DNA of 63,395 nucleotides, filler included, from Octopus bimaculoides (taxonomy: Eukaryota): NCBI RefSeq assembly GCF_001194135.2. It is 5 parts of 5 records of this genome, joined end to end, with 100 filler letters (N's around TTAATTAATTAA, not from the genome) between each part and the next. Parts side by side here need not be neighbours in the genome. Positions count along the whole stretch, not along the records: positions 29,342 to 58,559 come from NC_068983.1; positions 58,660 to 63,395 come from NC_068986.1; 3 more parts are not named here. One strand, given 5' to 3'. A model generated the notes under the pieces. The model was not told where the DNA came from, did no database searches, and saw only the letters and a program-made list of their open reading frames with translations. Position numbers and translations under genes: made by a program. How positions within the stretch are numbered: position 1 is the first letter of the stretch; each line of letters opens with the position of its first letter. Shown here one piece after another: positions 48,466 through 59,975 of the stretch.

Positions 48466-49628
48466 TTTAGTCATCCCATGAACAACGCGGTTTTTTTCAA
48501 TTGCATGAACTAGAAGTAGGGATGGGGTAGGAAAACCTGCCTGCAACAGCTTGCTATAAAAGCAAGTAGTAATTTTACATTGACCTTATTCTTAGTGCAA
48601 GTTTTGAAGAGTGCATTTCGATTTCAGCAGTTATTTTTTCAAAGCTATAATACAAGCGGCAAACGAGAATATTCGGCATATTTTGCTTTATAAGTTCAAG
48701 AAAGGCAACAACGCAACGGAAAGTGCGAGGAATATTAATTTAGTGTATGGGGATATGACAATAAATGTCCCGGAAGATCTGTAGAACTCGCCGAGGACGT
48801 CCTGCTAACCCTGATGGAACAATATCCCATCGTAACTGTTGAAGAACTAACAGAGAAGCTTGAATTTGATCGTTCAACCATTCATCGACACCTGCGTGCC
48901 ATCGGAAAGGTCAGGAAAATGGGTAAATGTGTTCCGCACAAACTTTCCGAGTCTAAGTGTCATAGAGAGTGAATATGTGCTTTTCTTTGATGTCACCTCT
49001 CAAGAATGAACATTTTTTGGACCAGATACTGACTGCCAATAAAATGTCATGCACCGAAGACAGTGGGTACGGAAAGGAGAAACACCAGCACCCCAGGCTA
49101 AACAAGGTCTTCCCCCCACGTAAAATGTTATTTGTTTGGTGGGATATGAAGGGTTTAGCCCAATTTGAACTTTTAAACCCAAGACAAACGATAACAAAGG
49201 AGATCAAACTGCCCTCAGCTTGAGCGACTTAAGTCAGCGCTAGAAGACGAAAGGTGTTCTTCCATCAGGATAATGCGCGGCCACATGCAGCGAGAATGAC
49301 ATTTGAGAGGCTGGAGCGGTCTGAGTGGGAAACGATACCCCACCCATCATAATCACCGGATATTGCCTGATCTGATTATCATTTATTCCGCAATCTTCAA
49401 AACCATTTGGACGGTAAAAATATGAGTAGTCGAGGTCACAGCACTACTGGAGTAGTACTTTTTGCCACAGGCAAGTGAGATTTGGAAGAGGATCCTTGCA
49501 ACTCTGCCAAATAGATGGAAGAACACTGAAGAAAATGAAGTATATTTTAGATTAAAAAAGTATTTTGTTTATCTTAATTTTGAAAAATAAAAGTATAAAA
49601 AAACCGCATTATTTACGGGATGACCCAA
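48466..49628 (+). mobile_element. Mariner (DD34D-type) DNA transposon, decayed, with both TIRs and TA target duplication
   Basis: Left end TA-tttagtcatcccatgaacaacgcgg (48464-48490) versus right end ccgcattatttacgggatgacccaa-TA (49604-49630). Transposase remnants: IRHILLYKFKKGNNATESARNI, GKCVPHKL (WVPHxL), FHQDNARPH and S*SPDIA*SDYHLFRNL (YSPDLAPxD), with stops, frameshifts and deletions. Confidence 0.92.
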
Positions 49629-49649
49629 TACATATTCTTTCATTGTTTT

Positions 49650-50085
49650 ATTATTTTACATGTTTCAGTTATTTGACTGCAGCCGTGCTGCAGCACCGCT
49701 TTAGTCGAACACATTTACCCCAGGACTTATGCCTTGTAAAGTCTAGTACTTATTCTTTCAGTTTTGCCAAACCACTAAGTTATGGGGATTGAAACACAAA
49801 CATCGGTTGTCAAGCGATAATGAGGGAACGCGCGCGCGCACACACACACACGCACAGGCACGCACGCACGCACACTCACACACATACACACACACAAACA
49901 CACACACACACACACGCACACACACACACATGTACGACGGGATTTTTTTCAGTTTCCGTCTACGAAATTCATTCACAAGGCTTTGGTCGGCCCGAGGTTA
50001 TAGCAGAAGACACCTGCCACAAGTGTCACGCAGTGAGACTAAACCGGAAACCATGTAGTTGAGAAGCAAGCTTTTTATCACACAG
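49650..50085 (-). mobile_element. SINE family D, near full length
   Basis: Same modules as 3920-4315. Confidence 0.8.
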
Positions 50086-50699
50086 GAGAGAAAGAAAGTG
50101 AGTGTAAGAGAGAGGGAAGCGGGCGAGCAAGATTGATGAGCTCGCGTTAATGGGTATTCAATATATAAAGATAATGTACTTGCACAGCAGAGTATAATCA
50201 AGCAAACAGCAAGAAGTTTAGCCGTCACCGATGTGTGCGATCGACGGTATTCGGCAAACATATACAAATGTGTTATTCTGTATGTTTAGAAGAGTTTATT
50301 CCAGTCTGATCGCTTTCTTATGTACCTTAGACAACCTTAAAGAACGTTATAGCATCTCTCTTTTCACAGAAATTTCACTAAGGGAAATAGAGTTAGCATC
50401 ACTTGCAAGTGTTTATTGCTCAATCAATTAATTAATGATTGATGTGCTGTTTAGATTGTTACATTAATTGCTGACTTCTATATTTGGTACTGAGACTAGA
50501 TATACTTTTCTACTGTAAGTTCTTTAGTTTTCAATATGTCTATTAAATAGATTTTATTGGAGCCATTTCCCTTGCTTTGATTTGGATTCTCAGCAATCTT
50601 ACGGGTACATTGTCGTTGCTAATTGCATAGACAACATCAGTCTATTTACTGTTTCAAAAGGTCATGTTACACGTGTGAAACTCTACTATATTCATAAAT

Positions 50700-51120
50700 A
50701 CGCTACTGTGTGGGGAAAAAAGATTGCTTCCCGAGCACATGGTCTTGGGTTCATTCACACTGCGTAGCACCTTGAGCGAGTGTCTTCACCGGACTGATCA
50801 AAGCCTTGTGAGACGATTTGTTACACTGTATCCGAGAGTAGCCCTTTGTATCCACACACACATACACGCTCGCATACACACACGCACATATTTATCTGTA
50901 GATATTTATATGTGTGTTTCTATGTGTCTATCTTTGTCTCCACCATCGTTTGACAACCGGTGTTGTTTTGTTTACGTTCCCTTAGTTTTCCGGCTCGGTA
51001 AAAGGGACCGCTAGAATAATTACCAGAATTAAAAATAAGCACTGGGGTCTACTTGTTCGATTAAAACCTTCAAGGCGACGACCCACCATAGTCGCAGTTC
51101 AATGACTGAAACAAGTAAAA
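50700..51120 (+). mobile_element. SINE family D, near full length
   Basis: Head (gggttcattcacactgcgtagcaccttgagc), internal microsatellite and tail (gactgaaacaagtaaaa). Confidence 0.75.
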
Positions 51121-52249
51121 TTTAAAAGGGAAAAATGGCCATATCTGAAGCGGTGGGTCGCAAAACAGTTTCTAAGAATATTTATCATTGAAAGCGTATG
51201 GGGGCGATATCTGGGTATGTCAATGCAACGAATACTAAATTATATTCTGCAATAGCGTTCGTCTCTTATTGAACGCAGTAATGAAAACTGCGGTCATATT
51301 TCGGTATTATTTGATCATGTCAGCAAATCATAGACAATCCAAACTTCATTCGTTAAAGAATTTCTTGCAACGAAGATACTTTTCATGAGAGAATAATTCA
51401 TGAGCTGGGAAATGTTTCCAAATTGCATTGAATAACTTGGCCAAAGGTGCTTTCGGTAGGAGAAATATTCATATAAGTATAATCAAATATGAATCGCATA
51501 ATGAAGTAAGTCTCCTTTGAGCCTCTAGTGTCTACCTGTTCAATGTTAAGATTTAAAAGTAGATCGTCCTGTAAATTGGATGCCAACCAGTGTTAACCCT
51601 AAGTGTAGATAGTACTCTTTTTCAGCTGAGTATACAAGAGCAACATGTTATTTTGTACCTGGATAATAGATGTAATGCTCAGACTGACCCGAGGATCGAA
51701 CCCACGAACTGACGTTTGTGAACCAAACACAGCCAGAACTCGCTACGTGCTCCGATTAAATTAATTTATAACATTAGTGTTTAGAAAAAGCATTAATAAA
51801 TATTATTATCACGGGAGACTTTCAAAATACTTTGAAAGTCCCTAAAAGATGGGAAATTATGCAAGGTATTGTGAATTATTTTCAGTTAAACGTATTCTCC
51901 AAAATTCTAAAAGCTAGTAATAGCGTATTAACAAATATTTCACTGAAGAGAGACAATAAATCTCAAACATCTCAGTAGTTGTCACCGTAACTAGCAAGGT
52001 AGCATTAATTCCACACACAAGTGTAACCTTTATTTGACTGTGTTTGATTGATTTGTTAGGACTTGTCGTCTTTGACCCTTATGAGAATAATTTTCATTAA
52101 AGCTAAAGCGTTACTCGTTACTCTTATTTCATTTCGATAAAGACTTATAGCTCAACATATCATACGGCTGGTTCTCCGTAAATATGTATTCCTCTGGAGG
52201 GGTCTACTCGAGAAATGTTCCAGTATTCTTACACAACCCTACATATACA

Positions 52250-52296
<47 letters not shown>

Positions 52297-54356
52297 NNNN
52301 NNNNNNNNNNNNNNNNNNNNNNNNNNNNNNNNNNNNNNNNNNNNNNNNNNNNNNNNNNNNNNNNNNNNNNNNNNNNNNNNNNNNNNNNNNNNNNNNNNNN
52401 NNNNNNNNNNNNNNNNNNNNNNNNNNNNNNNNNNNNNNNNNNNNNNNNNNNNNNNNNNNNNNNNNNNNNNNNNNNNNNNNNNNNNNNNNNNNNNNNNNNN
52501 NNNNNNNNNNNNNNNNNNNNNNNNNNNNNNNNNNNNNNNNNNNNNNNNNNNNNNNNNNNNNNNNNNNNNNNNNNNNNNNNNNNNNNNNNNNNNNNNNNNN
52601 NNNNNNNNNNNNNNNNNNNNNNNNNNNNNNNNNNNNNNNNNNNNNNNNNNNNNNNNNNNNNNNNNNNNNNNNNNNNNNNNNNNNNNNNNNNNNNNNNNNN
52701 NNNNNNNNNNNNNNNNNNNNNNNNNNNNNNNNNTATATGTATATTCCCAATGTACACGCAGATACATATATGCCAAACTTAGAACAGAAAATACGCTTAC
52801 AAAATATGCGTCGTGTCGTGCATCTCAAGTTAGAACTAACCTCATAAGTTATCCATTACGATAGGGTAAAGGACGTACGAGATACGGCTGAGATAGCAGC
52901 TATTTTTTGCATTTTACGGAGTTTGCATTCTTATGTAAACGTATCATACATTTATGCAGATTCCATGTTGGTTTAAAGCTAACAGATCGCATGAAATCAG
53001 ACACTACCCTTGCTAAAAATATTTGTATTGAAAATAGTCATGTCTGTAACAAGAAATGAGTTTCTTTATACATGGATACTTGGACTGCATTCAATTCTGT
53101 TTATTCTACTTAAGTTATTTAGATAAATCAACGTTTGAGGAACTGGAGAATGTTCCAAGTAAATGAATCAATTATGGATATTTTATTTGGCTAGCAGCCA
53201 ATTCACCATAATTCTTTAACGATTTCATCAGTGATTTTCTTCGTTAGTGAAGAATACATCAAAGTTATTTTAAATTACATGAATATTTTACATGCCATTT
53301 TAAATTAAATTTTGTTGCCAGCACTGTCTTTAAACATGTAACAGCTAATAGAATGCTCTGGCAAAAGTAAATGATTTCTCCTCATAATATTTTTTTCCAC
53401 TAAAAACATTAGACACTATTCCTGGTTGTTTTGTTGCTAGACAGCGTCGAAAAAAAAGTTTTATTTTTTGTAATTAGCGCAAACAAATGATGTAAATTGA
53501 TTTTACCAGCAACATGATGAAAAGTACAAAATAATGTATGAATCTGATTTTTTTTTACTCTTTTGGAAAGTGTTTATCTCAAACATGTAGAACTGGAAAA
53601 AAGCTATTCATAATTAAATATATTTTATAGCATTTATCTCTCTATATTTTCGTGAAAGCGATATAAAATATCTAACGAATTCCATTGCAATTAGTCATTG
53701 TAAACAGAGGTCGTGACACAAACTGACCCGATTATTGTTTGATGAGATTCATGCAGAATCTGTATACAAAATATACATTAAAGAGTTACCTCCTCCGTTA
53801 GTTGTAGAAGATCAGGCTGGTTATCTTTTTTATCAATTTTATCATTCCGCGAGATATGAGGATACAACGGGAAGGGAAACTGTTTCAACTCATTGAATTA
53901 TCGATAAATGTTTCCGATCATTATAGTTGAAATTAATCGATTAAAGTGGTAGCGATACTAAAGTAATATGAAAAATATAATTCATATCAGTAATACATAT
54001 ATAACATCTACAATAGTTATAATACTAATATTAATGGTTCCAGGTTTTGGTGAAAGGATAGGTGCTAGGACCACGGAGAACATTCAGGAAATGGCTAACT
54101 TCATCTACAAGAGTATTAAGGAACAGTAGATTACCCTAGTAAGCACCCCAATTTCAGACTACCTGTGTTATACACTGAACTCTGGATGTAAGCTAGGAAT
54201 AACAAGGTCGAAATTCTCCATTCACACTATACCAAACTCATGGCCTCCAAAGAACCTGGCCCACCGGAACGCAGCAACTGCGGATAATAGCAGATTTGAT
54301 TAGGGATGAGGCTCCTGCATATGCGACGCAACGGAATTAGTGAGGTGCATACTATA

Positions 54357-54412
54357 CACCGCATGCAGTTGTCAATCCACCGCATGCAGTTGTCAATCCA
54401 CCGCATGCAGTT
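54357..54412. repeat. 21-bp tandem repeat, 2.7 copies (caccgcatgcagttgtcaatc)
   Basis: Perfect copies at 54357 and 54378, partial at 54399. Confidence 0.9.
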
Positions 54413-54814
54413 TTCTGGGTATCGGCAACGAGACAGGATCAGTGGGTACAAAAAAGGCATGACAAAATTCAAGACCCACTAAAAGGGAGACGGAAATGTA
54501 ATCTGGCCGCTATACTGGAGCGAATCATAGAATATCATAGAAAGAACTGAGAGGAAGATAGGTAATGCCAATTCGTGATAAGATAGCCCGATAAGGGTTC
54601 ATTCATACTACAGAAAGAAAAATTGTAATAGACAGAGCAAGACATGAGAGACGAGGAGACAGAAGGAACAAAAAGTCATGGAAGAGGTCACAAAATGTGT
54701 GACGAAAGAACTGTGATAACTACCTAAGAACCAATATGGGCAGCCCATCTAAATACTGGATGATAATGATAATCGAGTTCATGCTTATGATGGCGACAAT
54801 GATAATAATACTAA

Positions 54815-55009
54815 TATTGGTTTAAATGTTAATATCAGAGGAAGGAATAAATTGATTACATCGACTTCAGTACTCAACTGGTACTTATTTTATCGAGCCC
54901 AACAGGATGAATGTCAAATTCGGCCTCCGCGGAATTTGAACTCAGAACGTAAAGGTGGGCGAAATGTCACTAAGCATTTTGCCTAACGATTCTACTAGCT
55001 CGCAGCCTT
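54815..55009 (-). mobile_element. SINE family A
   Basis: ggtacttattttatcg...ggaatttgaactcagaacgtaaa core. Confidence 0.75.
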
Positions 55010-55029
55010 ATGACAATAATACCAAATTT

Positions 55030-55242
55030 TTTTTTCTATTATAGGCACACGGCCTGAAATTTTGGGGGAGGAGCCAACTATAAGTTCGACTCAAGTGCGT
55101 AACTGGTACTGATTACATCGACTCCGAAAGGATGAAAGGCAAAGTCGACCTTGGCAGAATTTGATCTGAGAATGTATGAACAAACGAAATGCCGCTATGC
55201 ATTTTCCCCGGTGTGCTAACGACTCTACAAGCTCGCCACCTT
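55030..55242 (-). mobile_element. SINE family A, head-to-tail with the preceding copy
   Basis: gaaaggatgaaaggcaaagtcgacc core. Confidence 0.75.
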
Positions 55243-55444
55243 CTGATGATAATTATAATATTGATAACATTAGCAACAACAAGAATAACAAGCAGGAGTC
55301 ATTAAGCAGATAGGAAATTTACCAATGTTTTGAAAGTAAAATAATGTTGCATAGTCTTATATTGTTATAGAGATACATTTCTGATAAAATTAATATCATA
55401 ACTGAAGTCAGCAGGAAGAGAAAGTACATCTGAGCATAACATGA

Positions 55445-56090
55445 GTTATTTATAAGGCTTTGACAGTATTTCTCTGCTTGGATACTGGAAACACTAGTAC
55501 CATCAACAAGAGTATATCAATAATAACGAAGCATTCTCGTATGCTACCAAAAAGTTATAATCAACTATTCATTTTAAGGCTACAAATATACCTAATGAGG
55601 ATTAATGGAAAGCTGCCAAAAAGAAAAATGACAGTATTTTCGGTAATGACCAAATGCCGGAAATTGCAAAAACGTCGTACGCTAAAAATAAGTTTAGATA
55701 TTCCGTGACAAAATGAGGGCAAGGACAGCCCTAACATGGCTAATATCTGAAACGTACTGAAAAGGAGAGAAGTTTACAAGGAAACGTTTGAAAATGAATT
55801 GAAAAATAGTGAGATTGAGTTTCTAGTGAGACTTAAGAATTATTGAATGCGGGACCGCTTTAAAACCTAGCCACAAGAAACTACACAAAAGCTGTAATGC
55901 AACAGAATACAACAGCTGTAGAATATGCGCATTTTGGAACGATACAATTAATGACATTTTCTCTGGCTATTTAGTCTTAGTCAAGAAATAAGCTCAACAG
56001 TCATGGCATCATTAGGACTTAAATTACAAGGAAAGCAATATTATTGGCACACATCTGGAAAAGTGCCAGAAAACTTCTAAATTCTGGGAT
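55445..56090 (+). mobile_element. R4/Dong-like non-LTR retrotransposon, heavily deleted remnant
   Basis: In order: an RT motif YKA(F)DSIS.AWILETL (frameshifted), LATRNY, a degenerate zinc knuckle CRICAFWNDTINDIFSGYLVLVKK and a terminal KAILLAHIWKSARKLL. Confidence 0.65.
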
Positions 56091-56174
56091 ATATCGATAT
56101 ACATACATACATACATACATACATACGTACATACATACACACACACATACATACATACATACATACATACACAC

Positions 56175-56208
<34 letters not shown>

Positions 56209-56735
56209 NNNNNNNNNNNNNNNNNNNNNNNNNNNNNNNNNNNNNNNNNNNNNNNNNNNNNNNNNNNNNNNNNNNNNNNNNNNNNNNNNNNNNNNNNNNN
56301 NNNNNNNNNNNNNNNNNNNNNNNNNNNNNNNNNNNNNNCAAAAGTAATGCACAGTACATTCTTGTCAAAAACCATTTCATAATCGCATTATCAATAGTAA
56401 TTGGCGATAACAAACCCTTGAAGAAATAGAAAATTATAAATATACTTATCTAGATATATAAAGATAAACACATGTAGGTTGAAAACAGAAACAATCCCTA
56501 ATCTAGGAAGTGCCTTGATAACAAAAATAATGCAAAAAAATATCCAAACAATTAAATAAAAAAAAACAAACAAAAACATATAAGAATTAACACTACTGAG
56601 AATTACATGCATATTAGGGAGGACCACATTTTATTATATCCGAAACTACAACGCCAAATAAATAATCTCGGTTTGCTCAAGAAACATAGTCGTGTGCTTG
56701 TTAGTGAGTGAAATTATTGAATAACAATGACTACT

Positions 56736-56736
<1 letters not shown>

Positions 56737-56777
<41 letters not shown>

Positions 56778-56865
56778 GAGGAGGAGGAGGAGGAGGAGGA
56801 GGGGGGAGGGGGTGAAGGGGAAGGAGCAGCAGCAATATTAGCAGTAGTAGTAGCAGGAGCAGTAG
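56737..56865. repeat. (AGT)n-(AGG)n-(AGC)n trinucleotide block
   Basis: Directly visible. Confidence 0.9.
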
Positions 56866-56870
56866 TTGTC

Positions 56871-57070
56871 TCAAACATTGGCGCAAGACCTGAGATTTGA
56901 TGGGAAATATTAGTCTGTTAAATCGACTCCTGAACTTCAGTAATGCTTTACTTTATCGTGCCTGGAAGGATGAAAGGGAAAGCTGATTCGGTGAGTATGG
57001 GACTGAGAAAGTAAAAAGCTACAGGAAATACCATATTACATTTTGTCAGACGCTCTAATGATTCTGCTGT
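56871..57070 (-). mobile_element. SINE family A (old, diverged)
   Basis: ggaaggatgaaagggaaag...cattttgtcagacgctctaatgattctgc. Confidence 0.6.
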
Positions 57071-58163
57071 GTGAAAAGTATAACATCAATTAATATTAAT
57101 AATGCTAGCAGGGGAGATTAGTAAAGAGTAGGAGGGTAACTACTGCGAATATTTTTACTGCTGCAGTTGATGCGTATGCTCTCAGCGATCTATGTTATGA
57201 TCTTAATGTTTGTTTTCCCATAATAATAATTATGTTAAAAGAACAGAAAGGCAAAGTTATGATATTAATATATCACCTACCAACCGGATTTAGCGCATCA
57301 TTTTGGCCATTACTGAAAAATAATCACACCATTTAACAGATAAGCCCAGCGGAAAATTTAGCGGCGAGGGACGAATCGAAGTGATACAGTATCGCTAACA
57401 GTTATTGGTTATTTGTATATGGAGTTCTTCAGTATTTCATTCTACCTAAAAGAACAAGCTAGGTGATATTTTAATAAAACCAATTGCGTGTGCTTATCTG
57501 CATTAACTTGAGTGGAAACTAGAAAACAAAAGAAAGAAAAATGAAATAAATCTATAATTATTCTTCTCATATGAAAAAGCTGATTTTGTGCAGAAACCTA
57601 ACGGATTTCTATATTAAATGATTATCTAATTATTAGATATTAGAAAAAAAAATGCTGAAAAAAAGCAAAACAAATACAATAATTATAAACGAACTACAAT
57701 CAATTCGTCGTTATTGCGATTTTGCTATATGTTCAATATCCTTTTAGCTAAATTAGGTCAATAGTTGTGTGAGAGGTCAAGAACTAAGCAAATTAGATCA
57801 GATTCATTGTTCAGTTTCCATGTAAGGAGAGCTATGCTAAACGAAAGTTATATATTTCTTCTATTTATAACAAGCAATCACGCTATACATCCGAATATAA
57901 TGACGGGCAAGTTAGCAGAAACATATATATATAGCATTTACAGAGATATGGAAACAAATTTGCTGCACCAACAGGACCAATGAGAGCACAACAGTCATGC
58001 ACACATACATGCACAATCAGGCATATATACGTGTGTGTATGTGTGTGTGTACGCAAAAACACATATGTATGTATACATATATACGTATGCATATGTATAC
58101 TTATATATGTATATATACACACACAAACACGCGTGCGCACACAAACATATATATATTTGTATC

Positions 58164-58559
58164 AAGTACTACAGGAATTCCCGCACGGGTCGCCACTGCA
58201 TGGTGCCAAAGGTACCGTCCACTGCATCTCACATAAGAACGAGATACTGCAACAGCCTCGGTTTCAGAGGACCTCAGCTCCTCAATGTCCTGCCAAAACA
58301 TTTGAGAGACATGCAAGACATGGATGCGGAGGTCTTCAAGACAGAACTTGACGCTTTCCTCTCCACGATACCAGACGAACCAATGGCTCGTAATGAGACG
58401 CAGTTTAGGGCAGCTATGTCAAATTCTCTTATACACCAGATGTGCCATCAAAACTCTTGATTGGACCATGTCAGGTGGGGGAGAAGAGCCATGCAAGGAA
58501 CGTGAAAATCACGGTGGTGCACCAGCATGACCGCAGCCACTCGGCTGAAACACATTAAT
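58164..58559 (+). mobile_element. CR1/L2-group LINE, 3' end of ORF2 plus 3' UTR
   Basis: Open frame RTGRHCMVP...RGPQLLNVLPKHLRD...FKTELDAFLSTIPDEP...RAAMSNSL, stop at 58458-58460; the WNxLP/FKxxLD-type terminus is typical of this group; cut off by the linker. Confidence 0.75.
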
Positions 58560-58659
58560 NNNNNNNNNNNNNNNNNNNNNNNNNNNNNNNNNNNNNNNNN
58601 NNNTTAATTAATTAANNNNNNNNNNNNNNNNNNNNNNNNNNNNNNNNNNNNNNNNNNNN
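58560..58659. other. Artificial scaffold join (44 N + TTAATTAATTAA + 44 N)
   Basis: Linker at 58604-58615. Confidence 0.95.
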
Positions 58660-58663
58660 TATA

Positions 58664-58696
<33 letters not shown>

Positions 58697-58714
58697 ATGT
58701 GTATGTATATTAGT

Positions 58715-59037
58715 GAAGGCGCATGGCTCAGTGGTTAGAGCGTCGAGGTTATGAGTTCGAATCCCGGACCAGGCTGCGTGTTGTTTTCTTGAGCAAGACA
58801 ATTTTATTACACGTTGCACCAGTTTACTCACTTGTAGAAATGACTTGCAGCGTCACTGGTGCCACGCTGTATCGGCCCCTTTGCTTTTCCCTTGGATAAC
58901 ATCATTGGTGTGTAGAGGGGAGGCTGGTATGCTTGAGGGACTACTGGTCTTCAATAAACAACCTTGGCCGGACTTGTACCTGGGTGGGTAACTTTCTAGG
59001 TGCAATCCCATGGTCTGTCATGACCGAAGGGGGTCTC
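58715..59037 (+). mobile_element. SINE family B, full length
   Basis: A box TGGCTCAGTGG, B box GAGTTCGAATCC, central ttcttgagcaagaca module. Confidence 0.85.
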
Positions 59038-59457
59038 AGTTTGTATATTAATGCGTATGTATATGTATTCGTATACGTCTGTTTATGCATATATGTTTGT
59101 ATACGTTTGTATTTTTTGTAGGTATATAATGTTTATATTTACACGTCACATATTTGAGTGTGTGCATGCGCTACATATTTGAGTGTGTGTATGTGTACAT
59201 TTTATAGGACTTTGTATTTCTGTTAACATTTCTGTTTGATGAGTTTGTTATTTATGTACTTCCTGATGTTATTGATGCATTGCTGACCATAATTTATCCA
59301 GTCAAACATTTTTGGAGTGCATCCGTCTAAATATATGTAGAAGACGTTATAAATGGTNNNNNNNNNNNNNNNNNNNNNNNNNNNNNNNNNNNNNNNNNNN
59401 NNNNNNNNNNNNNNNNNNNNNNNNNNNNNNNNNNNNNNNNNNNNNNNNNNNNNNNNN

Positions 59458-59661
59458 CTAGGCACAAGGGCGGAAATTTTGGGGATAGGGACAGTCGATT
59501 ATATCGACCCCAGTACGAAACTGTTACTTAATTTATTGACTCCGAAAGGATGAAATATAAAGGCGATCTCGGCGGTTTTTAAACTCACAGCGTAAAGACA
59601 GACGAAACAACGCTAAGCATTTCGTCCGGTGTTCTAACGTTTCTGCCAGATCGCCGTCTTA
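59458..59661 (-). mobile_element. SINE family A
   Basis: Reverse-complement match to 62315-62516. Confidence 0.78.
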
Positions 59662-59772
59662 GTGTGAAGGTACAACGACATTCGAACTTGTTTCATATTT
59701 TAAATGTCCACCAATGGAAGATAGGCAACTCTAAACTTAACGATTCTAAGAATTTGTCGACCATACTACTAT

Positions 59773-59975
59773 TTTCTTCTAATTTTAGGACAGGGCTAAT
59801 CAAGTTTAGGAGAGAGGATAAGGTCAATTTTGTCAATTCTCGTATTTGGATATTACTAAATATTATTTTCCCAGAACGGATGAAAGGCATTTTAAACTGA
59901 AGACGTAATATATGGGAAGAAACGCTACTAAGAATTTTGGCTAACACAGTAACTATTCTGCCTGCTCGTCGACTT
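59773..59975 (-). mobile_element. SINE family A (old, diverged)
   Basis: cggatgaaaggca...ctaagaattttggc...attctgcctgctcg. Confidence 0.55.

Noticed and set aside
51536-51568. AG/GT-bounded 33-bp DDLLLNLNIEQ as the upstream nAChR exon
   Set aside because: Wrong length, lacks NQ and the invariant Trp, and has a weak donor (gtagac).
58715-58775. tRNA genes at A/B-box-containing heads (also 27718, 33427, 62315)
   Set aside because: No complete cloverleaf; each continues into a repeated SINE body.
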